From contig NW_025964024.1 of assembly GCF_023055435.1 (NCBI RefSeq), positions 3,410,001 through 3,474,000 on the forward strand: 64,000 nucleotides of DNA. The letters are read 5' to 3'. The position numbers were made by a program, and so were the translations under genes. The notes beneath the pieces are model-generated. The model ran no database searches, was not told the DNA's origin, and saw only the letters and a program-made list of their open reading frames with translations. This DNA comes from Haliotis rufescens. Its lineage: Eukaryota. Numbering within the stretch: position 1 is the stretch's first letter; the number at the start of each line of letters is the position of its first letter. This document shows positions 63,507 to 64,000 of this stretch, in pieces.

Positions 63507-63754
63507 GACCCGTGAAGATCAGGGGAGAATAGGTCTTCAGCAACCCATGCTTGCCGTAAAAGGCGACTATGCTTGTCGTAAGAGGCGACTAACGGGATCG
63601 GGTGGTCAGGCTCGCTGACTTTGTTGATGCATGTCATCGATCCCAATTACGTGGATCGATGCTTATGATATCAATTCCTGGATTATCTGGTCCAGACTCG
63701 ATTATTTACAGACCGCCGTCATATTGCCGAGTGCGGCGCTAAACAAACAAACAA
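63507..63754 (+). mobile_element. SINE-like family B
   Basis: Similar to the 813 copy. Confidence 0.85.
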
Positions 63755-64000
63755 AAACATTGTGTTATTTGCGGTTACTTCATCACCGGATATATAACTG
63801 CTTGGAATCCTGCCGTTTTCGTGAATGACCGTTGCTGCATTTGTAAACTCGCATTAGTATATACCGTGAGTCGACGGGTATTACAACCTCGATTATTCAG
63901 AGTATTATATCTCCCTCCAGATAAATACCCTATATACCACTTAGCTTCGTTTCGGAAGTGACGTTGCAGTATATATTTTTCTTTTCACGCTTCTCAAACA

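Noticed and set aside
876-63828. Recurring small ORFs containing ITGLSGPDSIIYRPPSYSWNIAECG
   Set aside because: Chance translations of family B repeats with inconsistent starts and frames.

Overview
Eukaryotic, AT-rich, intron-containing animal DNA. The SINE and MITE repertoire suggests a mollusc, possibly a gastropod such as abalone (inference). I reconstructed four spliced genes by hand, each with frame-consistent GT-AG junctions. Gene 1 (5741-16396, +, 9 coding exons, ~1277 aa) is an EEP-fold CCR4/Angel/nocturnin/PDE12-type nuclease with all catalytic motifs intact, behind a ~950-aa RS-rich then acidic disordered N-terminus. The other three form a cluster: A (23289-26978, +), B (30165-37022, +) and C (55044-61311, -). 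Each has a Crypton-derived tyrosine-recombinase-like DUF3504 domain lacking the catalytic C-terminus, followed by a shared ~45-aa domain I do not recognise (L-x-[ST]-A-K...D-[LI]...W-L-K...G...C). That domain sits mostly on its own phase-1/phase-1 exon in all three genes and is followed by a low-complexity tail with nuclear-regulator motifs. This domesticated-transposon cluster is the best candidate for an undescribed system. Gene C has seven perfect TGACGTCA (CRE) sites within 1.6 kb upstream. The rest is introns, UTR and intergenic DNA with four SINE-like families, many MITEs, mini/microsatellites and one 128-N gap.
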